DNA from: an uncultured Gammaproteobacteria bacterium
GTDB lineage: Bacteria; Patescibacteriota; Microgenomatia; Levybacterales; UBA12049
NCBI GenBank assembly: GCA_964571255.1
Contig: CAZNAA010000001.1
Span: forward strand, 487,674 to 551,673
Length of the DNA: 64,000 nt
Reading direction: 5' to 3'
Below the pieces are notes generated by a model. The model did no database searches. It worked only from the letters and a program-made list of their open reading frames with translations, and had not been told where the DNA came from. Position numbers and translations under genes: made by a program. This document shows positions 1 to 10,325 of the stretch, piece after piece. Within the stretch, counting starts at the first letter, position 1. The number at the start of each line of letters is the position of its first letter.

Positions 1-419
1 TTAATAGTATCCATCTCACACGCTACCCCAGCGTAGTGAACTGGAACAATTCCTTTCGTTTTATCTGTAATTGCATCCTCAATCAACTTTTCATTGAGAT
101 TTAGCGTGTCTTTTCGAATATCTACAAAAACAGGTACTGCTCCTCGCAAAACAAAAGCATTGGCTGTTGAGACAAAAGTAAATGATGGCATAATTACTTC
201 GTCCCCTGGCTCCACTTTGGATAAAATTGCCATCATCTCCAATGCACCAGTACAAGAATGTGTCAGAAGAGCTTTTTTTCCGCCAATATTTTTTTCTATC
301 CATTCATGACATAACTTTGTATAGTACCCATCGCCTGCTAATTTTCCTAAAGAATGAGCATGATTAATATATCCAATCTCTTTATGAGTTAAATGAGGTT
401 TGTTAAAAGGAATTCCCAT
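1..419 (-). CDS. DegT/DnrJ/EryC1/StrS-family sugar aminotransferase (WecE-like), N-terminal 139 aa; continues past window start
   Basis: Reverse-strand translation from ATG at 419-417 gives MGIPFNKPHLTHKEIGYINHAHSLGKLAGDGYYTKLCHEWIEKN...MPSFTFVSTANAFVLRGAVPVFVDI...VPVHYAGVACEMDTI. This is collinear with the N-terminus of dTDP-4-keto-6-deoxyglucose transaminases (PLP fold). No stop before the window edge. Not in the ORF track because it is open-ended. Confidence 0.8.
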   Translation of the reverse strand, partial: MGIPFNKPHLTHKEIGYINHAHSLGKLAGDGYYTKLCHEWIEKNIGGKKALLTHSCTGALEMMAILSKVEPGDEVIMPSFTFVSTANAFVLRGAVPVFVDIRKDTLNLNEKLIEDAITDKTKGIVPVHYAGVACEMDTI

Positions 420-429
420 ATATATGTTT

Positions 430-1125
430 TTAACGATATTTTTGGAATACAAAAAAGATTTCAGCAGTAAAGGCTTTATGCAAAATTGATCGTTTGAAGA
501 AGAAAGGAATTTGGATATATCTCCAAAGAAGTGGAACAAAAGATACCTGCTCTACTTTTAATAACCTGAATCCATGTCGATGGAAAAGGTTTGACCAATA
601 GTTTGGGTATTGAACATTAATATGATATTTATGATAAAGATTTTCTTTTTTGGGATATGGGACAGTAAAAATATATAGACCATTCATCTCTAACATTTTG
701 TAAATATTTTTCACTACCTTCTCACTATCAAATACATGCTCCATTACTTCAAAAGAAAACATCACATCATATTTCGTTTTAAAACTTGGATCCATAATAT
801 CAAGAGTAAGATATTTATTTTTCAGCTCTTTTGCTAAAACACTTTTATTCATATCCGATGCAACTACGTTTTTAAAATCATTCTGATTAAGAATGTTAAT
901 AAATCCACCGTGAGATGAACCAATTTCTAATACTTTACTTTTTTTATATTCAAAGATTTTGGGGAATATTTTTTTAATAACGTTAAAGTAATTTGCCATC
1001 CACATGGATGATTGCTTTAGAGAGATCGAGGGATAAAACTCATGGTAGTACTCGTTCGTTGTATAGTTTTCTTTTTTTATTTTCATTACGTATTCTCTCT
1101 TTTCTATAGTAACATATTTTCTCAA
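430..1125 (-). CDS. Class I SAM-dependent methyltransferase
   Basis: 231 aa ORF. Motif VLEIGSSHGGF (SAM-binding GxGxG-like) followed by acidic D/E motifs typical of Methyltransf_11/23. The track start is TTG; the first ATG is 13 codons downstream (about 1086). Confidence 0.7.
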   Translation of the reverse strand: MRKYVTIEKREYVMKIKKENYTTNEYYHEFYPSISLKQSSMWMANYFNVIKKIFPKIFEYKKSKVLEIGSSHGGFINILNQNDFKNVVASDMNKSVLAKELKNKYLTLDIMDPSFKTKYDVMFSFEVMEHVFDSEKVVKNIYKMLEMNGLYIFTVPYPKKENLYHKYHINVQYPNYWSNLFHRHGFRLLKVEQVSFVPLLWRYIQIPFFFKRSILHKAFTAEIFFVFQKYR

Positions 1126-1225
1126 TGATTAAGGGGTTTGTATCTTTGTTCCATTATAATATGGAGAATAAGTATTCCTGTCAATAAGAGATTATCTCAG
1201 AAATATCCTATGATATACTGTGGCT

Positions 1226-1903
1226 ATGAAAATCGAAATTCTCTCTGACATTCATGGCAATATCGATGGTTTAAACGCCGTCTTAAAAGACGCTGGAGAG
1301 GTAGATGAAATTATTTGTGCTGGTGATCTAACTGGCTACTATCCTTTCGTAAATGAGGTAATAGATACAATAAGAGTGAAAGGTGTCAAGACCATTATTG
1401 GAAACCATGACTTTTATTTACTCTCAGGTACATATCCTGAATCAACCAATCCTTCTGTCCGAGAATCAGTAGAGTCCATGAAAGGGTTCATTTCTCCTGA
1501 GAACTTAGCATATCTTGGAACACTTCCTCAATCTTTAGAACTTGAGATTGATGGGAAAAAGGTGTTAGTTTTTCATGGAAGTCCTTGGGATTCGATGGAA
1601 GGAAGAGTATACCCAGATTTTCCTGATTTTGATAAATTCAAAACAGTTGATGCAGATGTTGTGATTTTAGGACAAACACATCATCCTATTACGCGACAAC
1701 TTGGTGATGTAATGCTTATTAACCCTGGATCATGTGGACAACCACGAGATTATAACCAACTCTCCTATACTTTATGGGATACCACAGCAAATACTTTTGA
1801 CAACAGAAGAATTGGATGGGATATTCCTGGCTTTATTGATAGGGCTCAGAAAAAAGGAATTAGGCCTGAATATTTTGAAGTATTCAATCTGACAAAAAAG
1901 TAA
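1226..1903 (+). CDS. Metallophosphoesterase (calcineurin-like, YfcE-type)
   Basis: LSDIHGN...AGDLTGYYP...GNHD...GQTHHP metal-binding motifs. The track start 1220 is GTG. The ATG at 1226 is preceded by TGATATACT (1211-1219) plus 6 nt, a leaderless promoter architecture. Confidence 0.8.
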   Translation: MKIEILSDIHGNIDGLNAVLKDAGEVDEIICAGDLTGYYPFVNEVIDTIRVKGVKTIIGNHDFYLLSGTYPESTNPSVRESVESMKGFISPENLAYLGTLPQSLELEIDGKKVLVFHGSPWDSMEGRVYPDFPDFDKFKTVDADVVILGQTHHPITRQLGDVMLINPGSCGQPRDYNQLSYTLWDTTANTFDNRRIGWDIPGFIDRAQKKGIRPEYFEVFNLTKK

Positions 1904-1909
1904 CTCTTA

Positions 1910-2881
1910 TTAGTAAATATAATGTGTATCCTTATTCGTTTTTATTTCATTTAAGGAAATATCAGGATAAATAATATCCAGATATATGCGAACACAAGCA
2001 CCTTTTGTTATTTTAGGAATTGTTGGTACTTTATTATATAAATATTCCTCAATCGTATACTTAACATCTTCAAATCCAAACTGAGACCGTATAGAGTTAG
2101 TTCCTGATATTCTCCCATTCACTTCAAAAGGAGTAATACTCCCGTCATCACTGACAATTGATTGAATATTACATGATCCTCTGATAGTGAAATTCTTTAG
2201 CATTTTAGTGATAATACCTTCTATTTCTTTTTCATACTCTGTAGTTACTTCGCATCTATGAGTAGCACCTGCCACTAAGGACCTCTCAAAGGTAATATGC
2301 CCATGAAGTTTTCCTTTTTTTGTAACATAAAAAGCTGTCGTAATTTCTTTTCCTTGATAGAGTTTTTGGACAATATACTCAGAAGAGAACTCTTTAGGAT
2401 TTTTCGGATTAATGTGTAAGCCTCTTGAACCTCTCCCTTCAGCAGGTTTCACTATTATTTGGTCAAATTCATCGTTATACTTTGAAGGGAGAAAGGTCTC
2501 CGCAAAAGGGATTTGTGCTGCTTTAAAAAAAACACTTGTCTTATATTTATTGAGAAAAATATCTGCAACATCTGCACCCAAACTGGCAAGTGTAGGTAAT
2601 CTGTTCTTGTGAAGGGAAAGGTAAAATACTTCATAGTCTGTTGAGGGAATAATTAAGTCTACATTCTCCTTTTTGCAAATATCTATCATTTCAACAATGT
2701 AAGTTGGATCAGAGGAAAAAGGAACCTTATATACAGCGTCACATAAATAATTTCCTCCTGAAATACTTTCCGTATTTGTTCCAACCAGGCGAATATCCTT
2801 ATTTAACGCAATAATATTTCTTAAAATTCCCTGACCCGCATTTCCTCCTATTCCAGTGACTAAAACAGTCTTATTCTTCAT
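1910..2881 (-). CDS. ATP-grasp domain protein (carboxylate-amine ligase-like)
   Basis: 323 aa. N-terminal Rossmann-like KTVLVTGIGGNAGQG and an ATP-grasp-like central region. Sits between sugar aminotransferase and epimerase genes, suggesting N-acylation of an amino sugar. Confidence 0.55.
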   Translation of the reverse strand: MKNKTVLVTGIGGNAGQGILRNIIALNKDIRLVGTNTESISGGNYLCDAVYKVPFSSDPTYIVEMIDICKKENVDLIIPSTDYEVFYLSLHKNRLPTLASLGADVADIFLNKYKTSVFFKAAQIPFAETFLPSKYNDEFDQIIVKPAEGRGSRGLHINPKNPKEFSSEYIVQKLYQGKEITTAFYVTKKGKLHGHITFERSLVAGATHRCEVTTEYEKEIEGIITKMLKNFTIRGSCNIQSIVSDDGSITPFEVNGRISGTNSIRSQFGFEDVKYTIEEYLYNKVPTIPKITKGACVRIYLDIIYPDISLNEIKTNKDTHYIY

Positions 2882-3704
2882 CTATCAGCTCCTTTATTCC
2901 CTTTTCTAAAGAAATTTTTGGAACAAAATTAAGAGTAGTACGAGTAAAGGTGTTCTCGTACACAAATGAAGGACTTCGGTCTTCTCCACTAAGTTGAATA
3001 GTACACTCAGATATATATTCTTTAACTATATTTGCTACTTCTAAATTAGAATAAGACTTCTCAGAGGTACCTAAATATACTCCGTATTGCTCGCTTTCAG
3101 CTGCCAGTAGACATAAATCAACTGCATCTTGGACATGGATATAGTTTTGTAAACGAGATCCTGTTCCAAGTATTGTAATTTCCTTTTTATGCTTTGCATT
3201 TTCAATAATAAGAGGCAGGAACGTCTTCTTTGCCATACCTTTTCCATAAAGAGAAGAGAATCTAATAATTTGACTTCTCTCATGGAGTTTTACTATCGTT
3301 TCACCACTCAGTTTTGAAAGACCATACAAAGTAGGAGCAGTATAACTTGACTGCTCAGACAGAGATGAACTGCTTGTTCCGTATACTGAGACACTAGATG
3401 AAAAAATAATTTTACTTTCTGGGAATTGTTCACTTATCTTTAAAGGCAGCTTAATATTTCCATCGAGCAACTCCTTACTAGGAAGATTATAGTTTCCATG
3501 AGGAATATATGCTGCTACCAAAAAAATATAATCATATTTTGAAGAGAGAGTATCTAATTCATTAATAGAGTAGTTATTTGTTGATACTGGAAGATTGTTT
3601 TTATTTATATTATAAATACAATCCACTCTCCATTTCTTACTAAGACATTTTTGAACGATTGTACTTCCTAAAAATCCATTTGCTCCAATAACTAATACAT
3701 TCAT
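2871..3704 (-). CDS. NAD-dependent epimerase/dehydratase (SDR) family protein
   Basis: MNVLVIGANGFLGSTIV N-terminal GxxGxxG Rossmann motif; 277 aa. Confidence 0.75.
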   Translation of the reverse strand: MNVLVIGANGFLGSTIVQKCLSKKWRVDCIYNINKNNLPVSTNNYSINELDTLSSKYDYIFLVAAYIPHGNYNLPSKELLDGNIKLPLKISEQFPESKIIFSSSVSVYGTSSSSLSEQSSYTAPTLYGLSKLSGETIVKLHERSQIIRFSSLYGKGMAKKTFLPLIIENAKHKKEITILGTGSRLQNYIHVQDAVDLCLLAAESEQYGVYLGTSEKSYSNLEVANIVKEYISECTIQLSGEDRSPSFVYENTFTRTTLNFVPKISLEKGIKELIDEE

Positions 3705-3730
3705 AATTTTTACTATAATATTTTACAGCG

Positions 3731-5224
3731 CTAATAAAGACTGGATATGTCAACTACACTGTATGCTCTTTCATTATCTTTACACTCACTCACTCTTTTC
3801 TGAAAAGATTCGGGTGAAAAAAGTGTCGAGTAGGTTTTCATTCCCTTAATATGTTCAACTTTATTAGTTAAGACATAATGAACAAGATTTCCTTTTTTGT
3901 CAATAAAGAATGAGTCGACTAACACTTTTGGCTTGAGAGTTAAAATAAGTTTATCTAATTTTTCTTCCCTTTGATAATATGAGAGTACATCTTTAGAAGT
4001 AAGACCAGACATATCAATAAACTCCTGATTCTTGGCTGTATATGCAATCATCCCCAAGTCTCCAGCAAACACATACTCCCCAGGGAGAAGCATATTAGAT
4101 AGATATCTCCCTACTTCTTGTCTACACGCTTGTCCTTGAGTTAGTTGCATCATATGCATTCGCACGACAAAGGTAGATAAAAGAGTTTGAATGAGTATTA
4201 CTCCTATCAACAGAAATGCTCTTGTCCTCGTTTTTTTTCCTTGTAGCATTCGTGCTAATACTACCCCACTAAAGATCACGACAATTGGCAAAAGGTGAAC
4301 AGAATATCTTCCTCCATCAGAGTGTGGACCAAAAAGAAGAGTTACCATACTAATAAACAAATAGAGGTGTAATGACCAAAACCGCTTAAATTCGATTTTT
4401 AAAAAGGAGAAGATATATAGGAAAAAAACAATTAATGAAGTTCCTCCCCAAGCCATCAGAAGATGTCTTGGATTGGGTTGATAATACATAGCAATTTGCT
4501 TGAATAAAACTGCATTTGAGACAAAGCTTCCGTAATAAAAATATTTAAAGATGTAGAGTCCAAAAGTGATTATTCCAAAGAGAGTACACTGCAAGAGAAA
4601 TTGAGGAAGTATACTTTTCTCTTTTGTTACAACAAGTTTATATCCTTCTGCAAGAAACCAAACCCCAACCAGTAATATTCCCTCCATTCGTGTCAGTAAA
4701 ATAAGGATAAGAAGGGTTGTTTGCAAAATAGGTGTATGGTCTTTAGCAAAATAATAAAGATAAATAAAGTAAGTGACTAAAAAGGTAAAAAATACTGTCT
4801 CCATCCCACTGATTGACCAACCAGAGATAAATCCATGAATTCCTATTAAAAAACCAAGAAAGTAAGATAGTCCTAAGTTTTTTGTAAGAGTAAAAATACT
4901 CTTATATACTATCCAACTTATTCCCATAGCACTAGCAATTCCGATAAATGTTGCTACAAGCTCTAAATTAGTAGCACCTAACCTGTAAAATCCAGCGAGT
5001 ATAAGTGTGTAGCTGAATGAAGATGCTGCGTCTGCTTTTTCATGCATGTTAAATACTAATCCCTTTCCTTCGGCAAGATTCACTGCATACCGATAGGTAA
5101 TATAAGCATCATCATACTGATTTTTTAAGAATCCATTGGTTGGGAGATATAATAAAACAATAGCCAATAAAACATAGGCAAGAAGACTAAAAGGGTGAGT
5201 TGCCCAAGAAAAATATTTATTCAT
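3731..5224 (-). CDS. Polytopic membrane protein, GT-C-like (PMT/ArnT-type DD motif in first loop)
   Basis: 497 aa, about 12 hydrophobic segments. NQYDDAYITYRYA acidic-loop motif right after TM1, resembling the DE motif of GT39/GT83 enzymes. Confidence 0.5.
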   Translation of the reverse strand: MNKYFSWATHPFSLLAYVLLAIVLLYLPTNGFLKNQYDDAYITYRYAVNLAEGKGLVFNMHEKADAASSFSYTLILAGFYRLGATNLELVATFIGIASAMGISWIVYKSIFTLTKNLGLSYFLGFLIGIHGFISGWSISGMETVFFTFLVTYFIYLYYFAKDHTPILQTTLLILILLTRMEGILLVGVWFLAEGYKLVVTKEKSILPQFLLQCTLFGIITFGLYIFKYFYYGSFVSNAVLFKQIAMYYQPNPRHLLMAWGGTSLIVFFLYIFSFLKIEFKRFWSLHLYLFISMVTLLFGPHSDGGRYSVHLLPIVVIFSGVVLARMLQGKKTRTRAFLLIGVILIQTLLSTFVVRMHMMQLTQGQACRQEVGRYLSNMLLPGEYVFAGDLGMIAYTAKNQEFIDMSGLTSKDVLSYYQREEKLDKLILTLKPKVLVDSFFIDKKGNLVHYVLTNKVEHIKGMKTYSTLFSPESFQKRVSECKDNERAYSVVDISSLY

Positions 5225-5230
5225 GAATTA

Positions 5231-6349
5231 TTAGGTAGCAAAATAATCTGCAATTATTCTGCTTGGCTGAATTTTAGGGGCAACTTCAGATCGTTTATAC
5301 TGTTCAAAATTATGGATAAATTTGCGTATTACAATTAAGTTATTTTTACTAATAACAACATTTTTATCAACTCCTTCAATTCTTTCTGTCTCGCTCCGCA
5401 GTACTAAGCAGGGTTTCCCCATATAATACGACTCTTCCTGATTACTTCCTCCATCTGTAATAATAAACTCTGAATTATATAAAACCTTCATAAACTCTTC
5501 ATAAGGCAAGCGCGGGGTAATATGAATATTTTTATTCTTCTCAATCTTTTTTAGGAGAGAATAAGAAGTGAGTGCCAGTTCAGTAGGTTTATGTAAAATA
5601 AATATACAAGGAAGTTTTTTTACTTGTTTTTCGACCTCAGCTATTAATGAACGTACACGCGTTTCATTATAAATATTCTCTTGTCTGTGCATAACAAAGA
5701 CAAAGTATTTCTTCTTTTTCATTTTTTTCAAAATTGATGGTGTCTCTCCTTGATGGAGTACATGACGCAAGCTATCCAAAAGAGTATTTTCTACCGTGAT
5801 TATCTTTACTCCTTTTTCCTTTTGTAAGTTTTTCTGTGCCCAGGTATTAGGACAAAAGTGAACATCAACAAAAAAAGAAGTAATCACTCGGTCTAACTCT
5901 TCTGGAAAAGGATGTAATACATTAAAAGAACGAAGTCCTGCTTCAATATGAGCAACTTTATATCCTAGCGATTTTCCAAGAAGTGCTCCCATTACGGTAG
6001 ATACGGTGTCTCCATGCACAATGAAAAAATCTTTAGAGTTGTTACTTCTTCCTATTTTATTGCGCAAAAGAAAATGTCCAGAAAACAAATTTTTTATAAA
6101 CCAAACAAATACCCCAATTGGAGTTTGGGTAATAGGCTTTTTGCTCAAAAATGTCTCAATAGTGGAATTTTTTAGGTAGGACAAAATTCTACTTTTAGAA
6201 ATATCGTTTTGGCCTGAAGCAATGATGCTATAAGCAATACCCTTTTTTGAAAATTCGTTAAGAACAGGAAAAAGCTTGATGAGCTCGGCTTCAGTACCAA
6301 TAAAGAAAAAAAGTCTCGTACTACCGCTCATTCTTTCTGATCGTTTCAT
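5231..6349 (-). CDS. UDP-N-acetylglucosamine 2-epimerase-like (WecB/NeuC family)
   Basis: C-terminal ITDGGSNQEESYYMGKPCLVLRSETERIEG matches the conserved DSGG-QEE...GKP-LV-R--TERPE motif of non-hydrolysing UDP-GlcNAc 2-epimerases. Confidence 0.7.
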   Translation of the reverse strand: MKRSERMSGSTRLFFFIGTEAELIKLFPVLNEFSKKGIAYSIIASGQNDISKSRILSYLKNSTIETFLSKKPITQTPIGVFVWFIKNLFSGHFLLRNKIGRSNNSKDFFIVHGDTVSTVMGALLGKSLGYKVAHIEAGLRSFNVLHPFPEELDRVITSFFVDVHFCPNTWAQKNLQKEKGVKIITVENTLLDSLRHVLHQGETPSILKKMKKKKYFVFVMHRQENIYNETRVRSLIAEVEKQVKKLPCIFILHKPTELALTSYSLLKKIEKNKNIHITPRLPYEEFMKVLYNSEFIITDGGSNQEESYYMGKPCLVLRSETERIEGVDKNVVISKNNLIVIRKFIHNFEQYKRSEVAPKIQPSRIIADYFAT

Positions 6350-7277
6350 AATTTTTTAAAAACCATTCATACATATTTTTTATTCCTTCCTCAAGTGGTA
6401 TTTTAGGTTTCCACCCCAGCGCAAAATGCTTAGAAACATCCAATTGTTTCTTAGGAGTCCCGTCAGGTTTAGAAATATCCCATTCAGTCTCTCCATTAAA
6501 ACCTACAGTCTTTTTAACTAAAGCTGCTAATTCTTTAATAGTCAGATCTTCTCCTGTTCCTACATTAATAATTTCAGACCCATCGTAGTTATTCATTAAA
6601 AAAACTGATGAGTCAGCCATATCATCTACGTGAAGAAATTCTCTGTAGACGTTTCCAGATCCCCAAAGGGTAATCTTTTTATCCTTATTCACTTTTGCTT
6701 CGTGAAATCTTCGAACCAGAGCAGGCAAAACATGAGAATGGTTTAAATCGAAGTTATCATTTGGTCCATAAAGATTTGTAGGCATAACTGAAATGAAGTT
6801 AGTATGATACTGTTCATTAAAGCTTTGGCACATTTTTATCCCCGCAATTTTTGCAATTGCATACGCATCATTTGTTTCTTCAAGAGGTCCAGTTAATAAC
6901 TGGTCTTCTTTTATGGGCTGAATTGCGTGTTTAGGGTAAATACACGAACTTCCTAAAAAGAGCAGTTTTTTTATTTCATGTTTCCAGGAGTTATAAATTA
7001 CATTGTTTTGGATTTGCAAATTATTATAAATAAAATCAGCCTTATGTGTTTTATTGGCCATAATTCCCCCAACCTTTGCTGCTGCAAGGAAAATATAGTC
7101 AGGTTTTTCCTTGGAGAAGAATTTTTCAACTTGTTTTACATCTAAAAGATCAAGCTCTGAGCGAGTTTTTGTGATAATATTCTTATACCCTTCCTTTTTT
7201 AGAGCACGCACAATAGCAGTACCTACTAATCCACTCTGTCCCCCAGCTACAAATATTTTTGATTTCTTGTCCATCAT
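6321..7277 (-). CDS. fcl: GDP-L-fucose synthase (GDP-4-keto-6-deoxy-D-mannose 3,5-epimerase/4-reductase)
   Basis: KIFVAGGQSGLVGTAIVRAL...LAAAKVGGIMANKTHKADFIYNNLQIQNNVIYNSW...LLFLGSSCIYPK is near-collinear with Fcl/GMER. Confidence 0.85.
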   Translation of the reverse strand: MMDKKSKIFVAGGQSGLVGTAIVRALKKEGYKNIITKTRSELDLLDVKQVEKFFSKEKPDYIFLAAAKVGGIMANKTHKADFIYNNLQIQNNVIYNSWKHEIKKLLFLGSSCIYPKHAIQPIKEDQLLTGPLEETNDAYAIAKIAGIKMCQSFNEQYHTNFISVMPTNLYGPNDNFDLNHSHVLPALVRRFHEAKVNKDKKITLWGSGNVYREFLHVDDMADSSVFLMNNYDGSEIINVGTGEDLTIKELAALVKKTVGFNGETEWDISKPDGTPKKQLDVSKHFALGWKPKIPLEEGIKNMYEWFLKNYETIRKNER

Positions 7278-7278
7278 A

Positions 7279-8025
7279 TTATTTAGAATAATAGTGTAAT
7301 ATTTTCAATCGGTAATATACTGCCAATGTATCCCACAACATTCTTCCGATAATTTTCCAGAAGTTCCTTGAAGTAATATTACTTGTTGCGTTAAATTCAA
7401 TCTCTACGGGAGCTTCGTATATTCTTTTATACCCCATCTGATAAGCAACTGCAAGAAATTCAATATCAAACGCATACTTTTTTACAAGGAGTTTGGGAAG
7501 TACCTTTTTTACCACTGCTTTTCTGAAAAATTTAAGTCCTACTTGTGTATCCCTTACATAAAAACCAAATAATACTCTAGTTACTAATCTATATCCCCAG
7601 GAAATAATTCTTCGAATACGAGGATATTTCACAATAGAGGCTTGATGAAGTTTTGAGCCAATAATAACATCAGCGTTATACCAAGCAAAGTGAGAAAGAA
7701 GCATACCTATTCCATTCGTATTAATATCCATCCCTGCATCCATAAAACCAATAATATCCCCCTTAGCCTCCCTCATTCCATATCGTACTGCGTGTCCCTT
7801 TCCTTGATTCACCTTATAGCCAATTACTTTTATTTTACGTGACTTTACTTTTTGAGCTCTCTCATAGGTCTTATCAAGAAATCCATCAACCACTACAATT
7901 AATTCATAGTTGTATTGAGAACTAAGTGATTCCATCGCCTCTTTAATACGCGTAATATCTTCAACAATAGTCTTCTCTTGCTTGTAAGCTGGGATAACTA
8001 AGGAAATTAGTGGAAGTTTATTCAT
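7279..8025 (-). CDS. GT2 glycosyltransferase (Dpm1/ArnC-like polyprenyl-phosphate sugar synthase type)
   Basis: SLVIPAYKQEKTI...VVVDGFLDKT...DAGMD motifs of GT-A fold family 2; 248 aa with no long hydrophobic domain. Confidence 0.8.
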   Translation of the reverse strand: MNKLPLISLVIPAYKQEKTIVEDITRIKEAMESLSSQYNYELIVVVDGFLDKTYERAQKVKSRKIKVIGYKVNQGKGHAVRYGMREAKGDIIGFMDAGMDINTNGIGMLLSHFAWYNADVIIGSKLHQASIVKYPRIRRIISWGYRLVTRVLFGFYVRDTQVGLKFFRKAVVKKVLPKLLVKKYAFDIEFLAVAYQMGYKRIYEAPVEIEFNATSNITSRNFWKIIGRMLWDTLAVYYRLKILHYYSK

Positions 8026-9295
8026 GCGATTTTGAAAAAGTAACTTGGTAGTAAAAAATCATACATATAATAACAGAGATAATCGAGAGAATCGATACCG
8101 TAAATACTTGAGTAAAGTTTTGATGAAATAATTGTACACCAACTAATTGAAATAAAGCTCCAAGAAAAAGAATAATCCACACTTGTACTCTTTTGACTGC
8201 CAGGAAAAAATTAGTCATAAGAGAAAGAATAGCAAAAAGAGTGATAAAAAGACCACATAAAGGAAGATAGGAAGAAACAGCTAAATATTCCTTTTTTTGA
8301 AGGAATAGTCTAATCGTAAAATCAGGAAATAAGGTATAAAACCCAACAATTGCTAAAGAAGACGCAGCAACCAAACCTAAGGCCTGGAGAAAAATAGAAG
8401 TAAACTCTTTTTTTTGCATAAATCGATTTGTAATTAAAGGGAACATAACAAGTCCAATAGGAAAGGAGAAAAAGAAAATAACTTTCCCAACAAGCATAAG
8501 TCCTGCATACATCCCAGCGTCTTCAGGAGTAAAAAAATGCTTTACCATAAGTAAGTCAGTTGACGTAAAGGCGTTCAGGAAAAGAATTGCTGCTGCTGCT
8601 GGTACTCCGTATTTCATAAGATCTTTGGTTGGAATATCTAGATCATCCTTTTGCTTTTCTCGATAGGAAAATATATTTCGAATAGGAATACAATTAAGAA
8701 TGTACGAAGTAATTGTAGAAAGGATTAAGGCTCCTAAAATACCATACAATCCGTAACCCAAAATTACGAGGGCAAAACTCCCAACAAATTTAACTAGGGC
8801 GGAGATAAAATTAGCAAAAGAAATATAGCCAAACGCGAGTTTAGCTTGCAATAAACCAGTCACCACAGTATTTAAAACATTGATTCCAATAATAAAGCTG
8901 GTTAAAACAATAAACCCACTACTCTCTATTTGAAGAAATTCTGCAATCACAGGAGCTGCACTCAGTCCTAGAAAAATTACCAGTACAGCAATGACTCCGG
9001 TAAATATAGTTAATTTTTTATAGATTAAATATAACCCTCTATTGCTTCCAGAAACAAAATATTTGCTTGAGAAATTAACTACAGTTGGAAGTAGTGATCC
9101 AGCAACTAAAGCAAGCCAAGTAATAATAGAGGTAAGTGTTGCTAAATCTCCGTACGCAGAGACTGTGGCTAGATACTTATTCATTACTAAATGAAAAAGA
9201 AACTGTAATACATTTGTTGCTTGGGAGCTAATGAAAATAATTGCAGCTCCTGAGATGAGAGGAAGGGATAGTAGTTTATTTATATGCTGCTTCAT
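8018..9295 (-). CDS. Wzx-like oligosaccharide flippase (MOP superfamily polysaccharide biosynthesis protein)
   Basis: 425 aa, about 12 TM segments, MOP/polysacc_synt-like topology. Confidence 0.6.
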   Translation of the reverse strand: MKQHINKLLSLPLISGAAIIFISSQATNVLQFLFHLVMNKYLATVSAYGDLATLTSIITWLALVAGSLLPTVVNFSSKYFVSGSNRGLYLIYKKLTIFTGVIAVLVIFLGLSAAPVIAEFLQIESSGFIVLTSFIIGINVLNTVVTGLLQAKLAFGYISFANFISALVKFVGSFALVILGYGLYGILGALILSTITSYILNCIPIRNIFSYREKQKDDLDIPTKDLMKYGVPAAAAILFLNAFTSTDLLMVKHFFTPEDAGMYAGLMLVGKVIFFFSFPIGLVMFPLITNRFMQKKEFTSIFLQALGLVAASSLAIVGFYTLFPDFTIRLFLQKKEYLAVSSYLPLCGLFITLFAILSLMTNFFLAVKRVQVWIILFLGALFQLVGVQLFHQNFTQVFTVSILSIISVIICMIFYYQVTFSKSHE

Positions 9296-10325
9296 AGGAC
9301 TTTATTGTTTCCTCAGCTGTTTTCTTCCAGGTGAAACGTTCCGCTTGATCAATACCTTTTCGTTTTAACTCAGCTCGTAATTTTTCATCCCCAAATACTT
9401 TCTCAATTCCTTCTCCAATACTCGTAGTGCTTAATGGATCAACAAAATATGCAGCATCGCCACTCACTTCTTCAAGTGAACCGCCTTTAGTCGTAATAAC
9501 AGGACATCCACACTGCATTGCTTCTAGAACTGGCAAACCAAACCCTTCATATAAAGAAGGAAAGACAAAAACTGTTGCTAAGTTATAAAGGGTTACTAAA
9601 TCCTCTGTTGAGACAAACCCAAGAAGTTTAATATGAGATGAGGAAGAGGTTAATTCCTGCACTTTCGCAAGTTCCCTATTCCAAGGATGGGATGTATCAT
9701 AATCGGTAAGGGTAAGTGACTTACCTACCATAACAAGAGGAAGGTTTCTTTCTTTACAAGCTGTTACAAGTCTTACTAGATTTTTATTTGCTGTTACGTC
9801 TCCAACGTACAAAATAAATTTCTCTGGAAGATCATATTGTCCCCGGACCTGATCTGTTTGGGCAGAGGATAAATCCATAACTTTAAATTCTTCTCCAGCT
9901 GCAAGATAGACTACATCGATTTTTGACTCTGAAATCTGAGTAAGTCGACTAATATCTCTTTTAGATGCATAAGAATCTGTAATCACCCGCACTGCTCTTC
10001 TTAAAGATTGTTTTTGGACTTCCCATTTCACTTTCCCTTTCACTCCAATGGGAAAAAGAGTAGGGAAAACTAAAGGAGTTAAATCGTGTACCGTAACTAT
10101 CGTTTTTTTATTCTTAGGAAAAGGAAGAGTAAGAAAGAATGGGTCAAAGTAGGGAAAGTGGATCAGATCATATGAATCAGAATGAGGAGATTTTCCTTCA
10201 AAGAAAAGATAGGTATGAGTTGGAAAATATTTTTCTAATGCATCTTTCAAACGAGATAAGTAAAATCCTTGCCCCCGTACACTATGACCTGATTGAAGTG
10301 GAGAAATATCAATTGCAATTTTCAT
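9276..10325 (-). CDS. GT4 glycosyltransferase
   Basis: C-terminal EGFGLPVLEAMQCGCPVITTKGGSLEEV (E-X7-E GT-B retaining motif). Confidence 0.8.
   Translation of the reverse strand: MKIAIDISPLQSGHSVRGQGFYLSRLKDALEKYFPTHTYLFFEGKSPHSDSYDLIHFPYFDPFFLTLPFPKNKKTIVTVHDLTPLVFPTLFPIGVKGKVKWEVQKQSLRRAVRVITDSYASKRDISRLTQISESKIDVVYLAAGEEFKVMDLSSAQTDQVRGQYDLPEKFILYVGDVTANKNLVRLVTACKERNLPLVMVGKSLTLTDYDTSHPWNRELAKVQELTSSSSHIKLLGFVSTEDLVTLYNLATVFVFPSLYEGFGLPVLEAMQCGCPVITTKGGSLEEVSGDAAYFVDPLSTTSIGEGIEKVFGDEKLRAELKRKGIDQAERFTWKKTAEETIKSYEAAYK

Noticed and set aside
94-309. Plus-strand ORF (71 aa) and minus ORF 91..303 from the track
   Set aside because: Both lie inside, and out of frame with, the well-supported WecE-like aminotransferase reading frame (1..419, minus). 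No independent signal.
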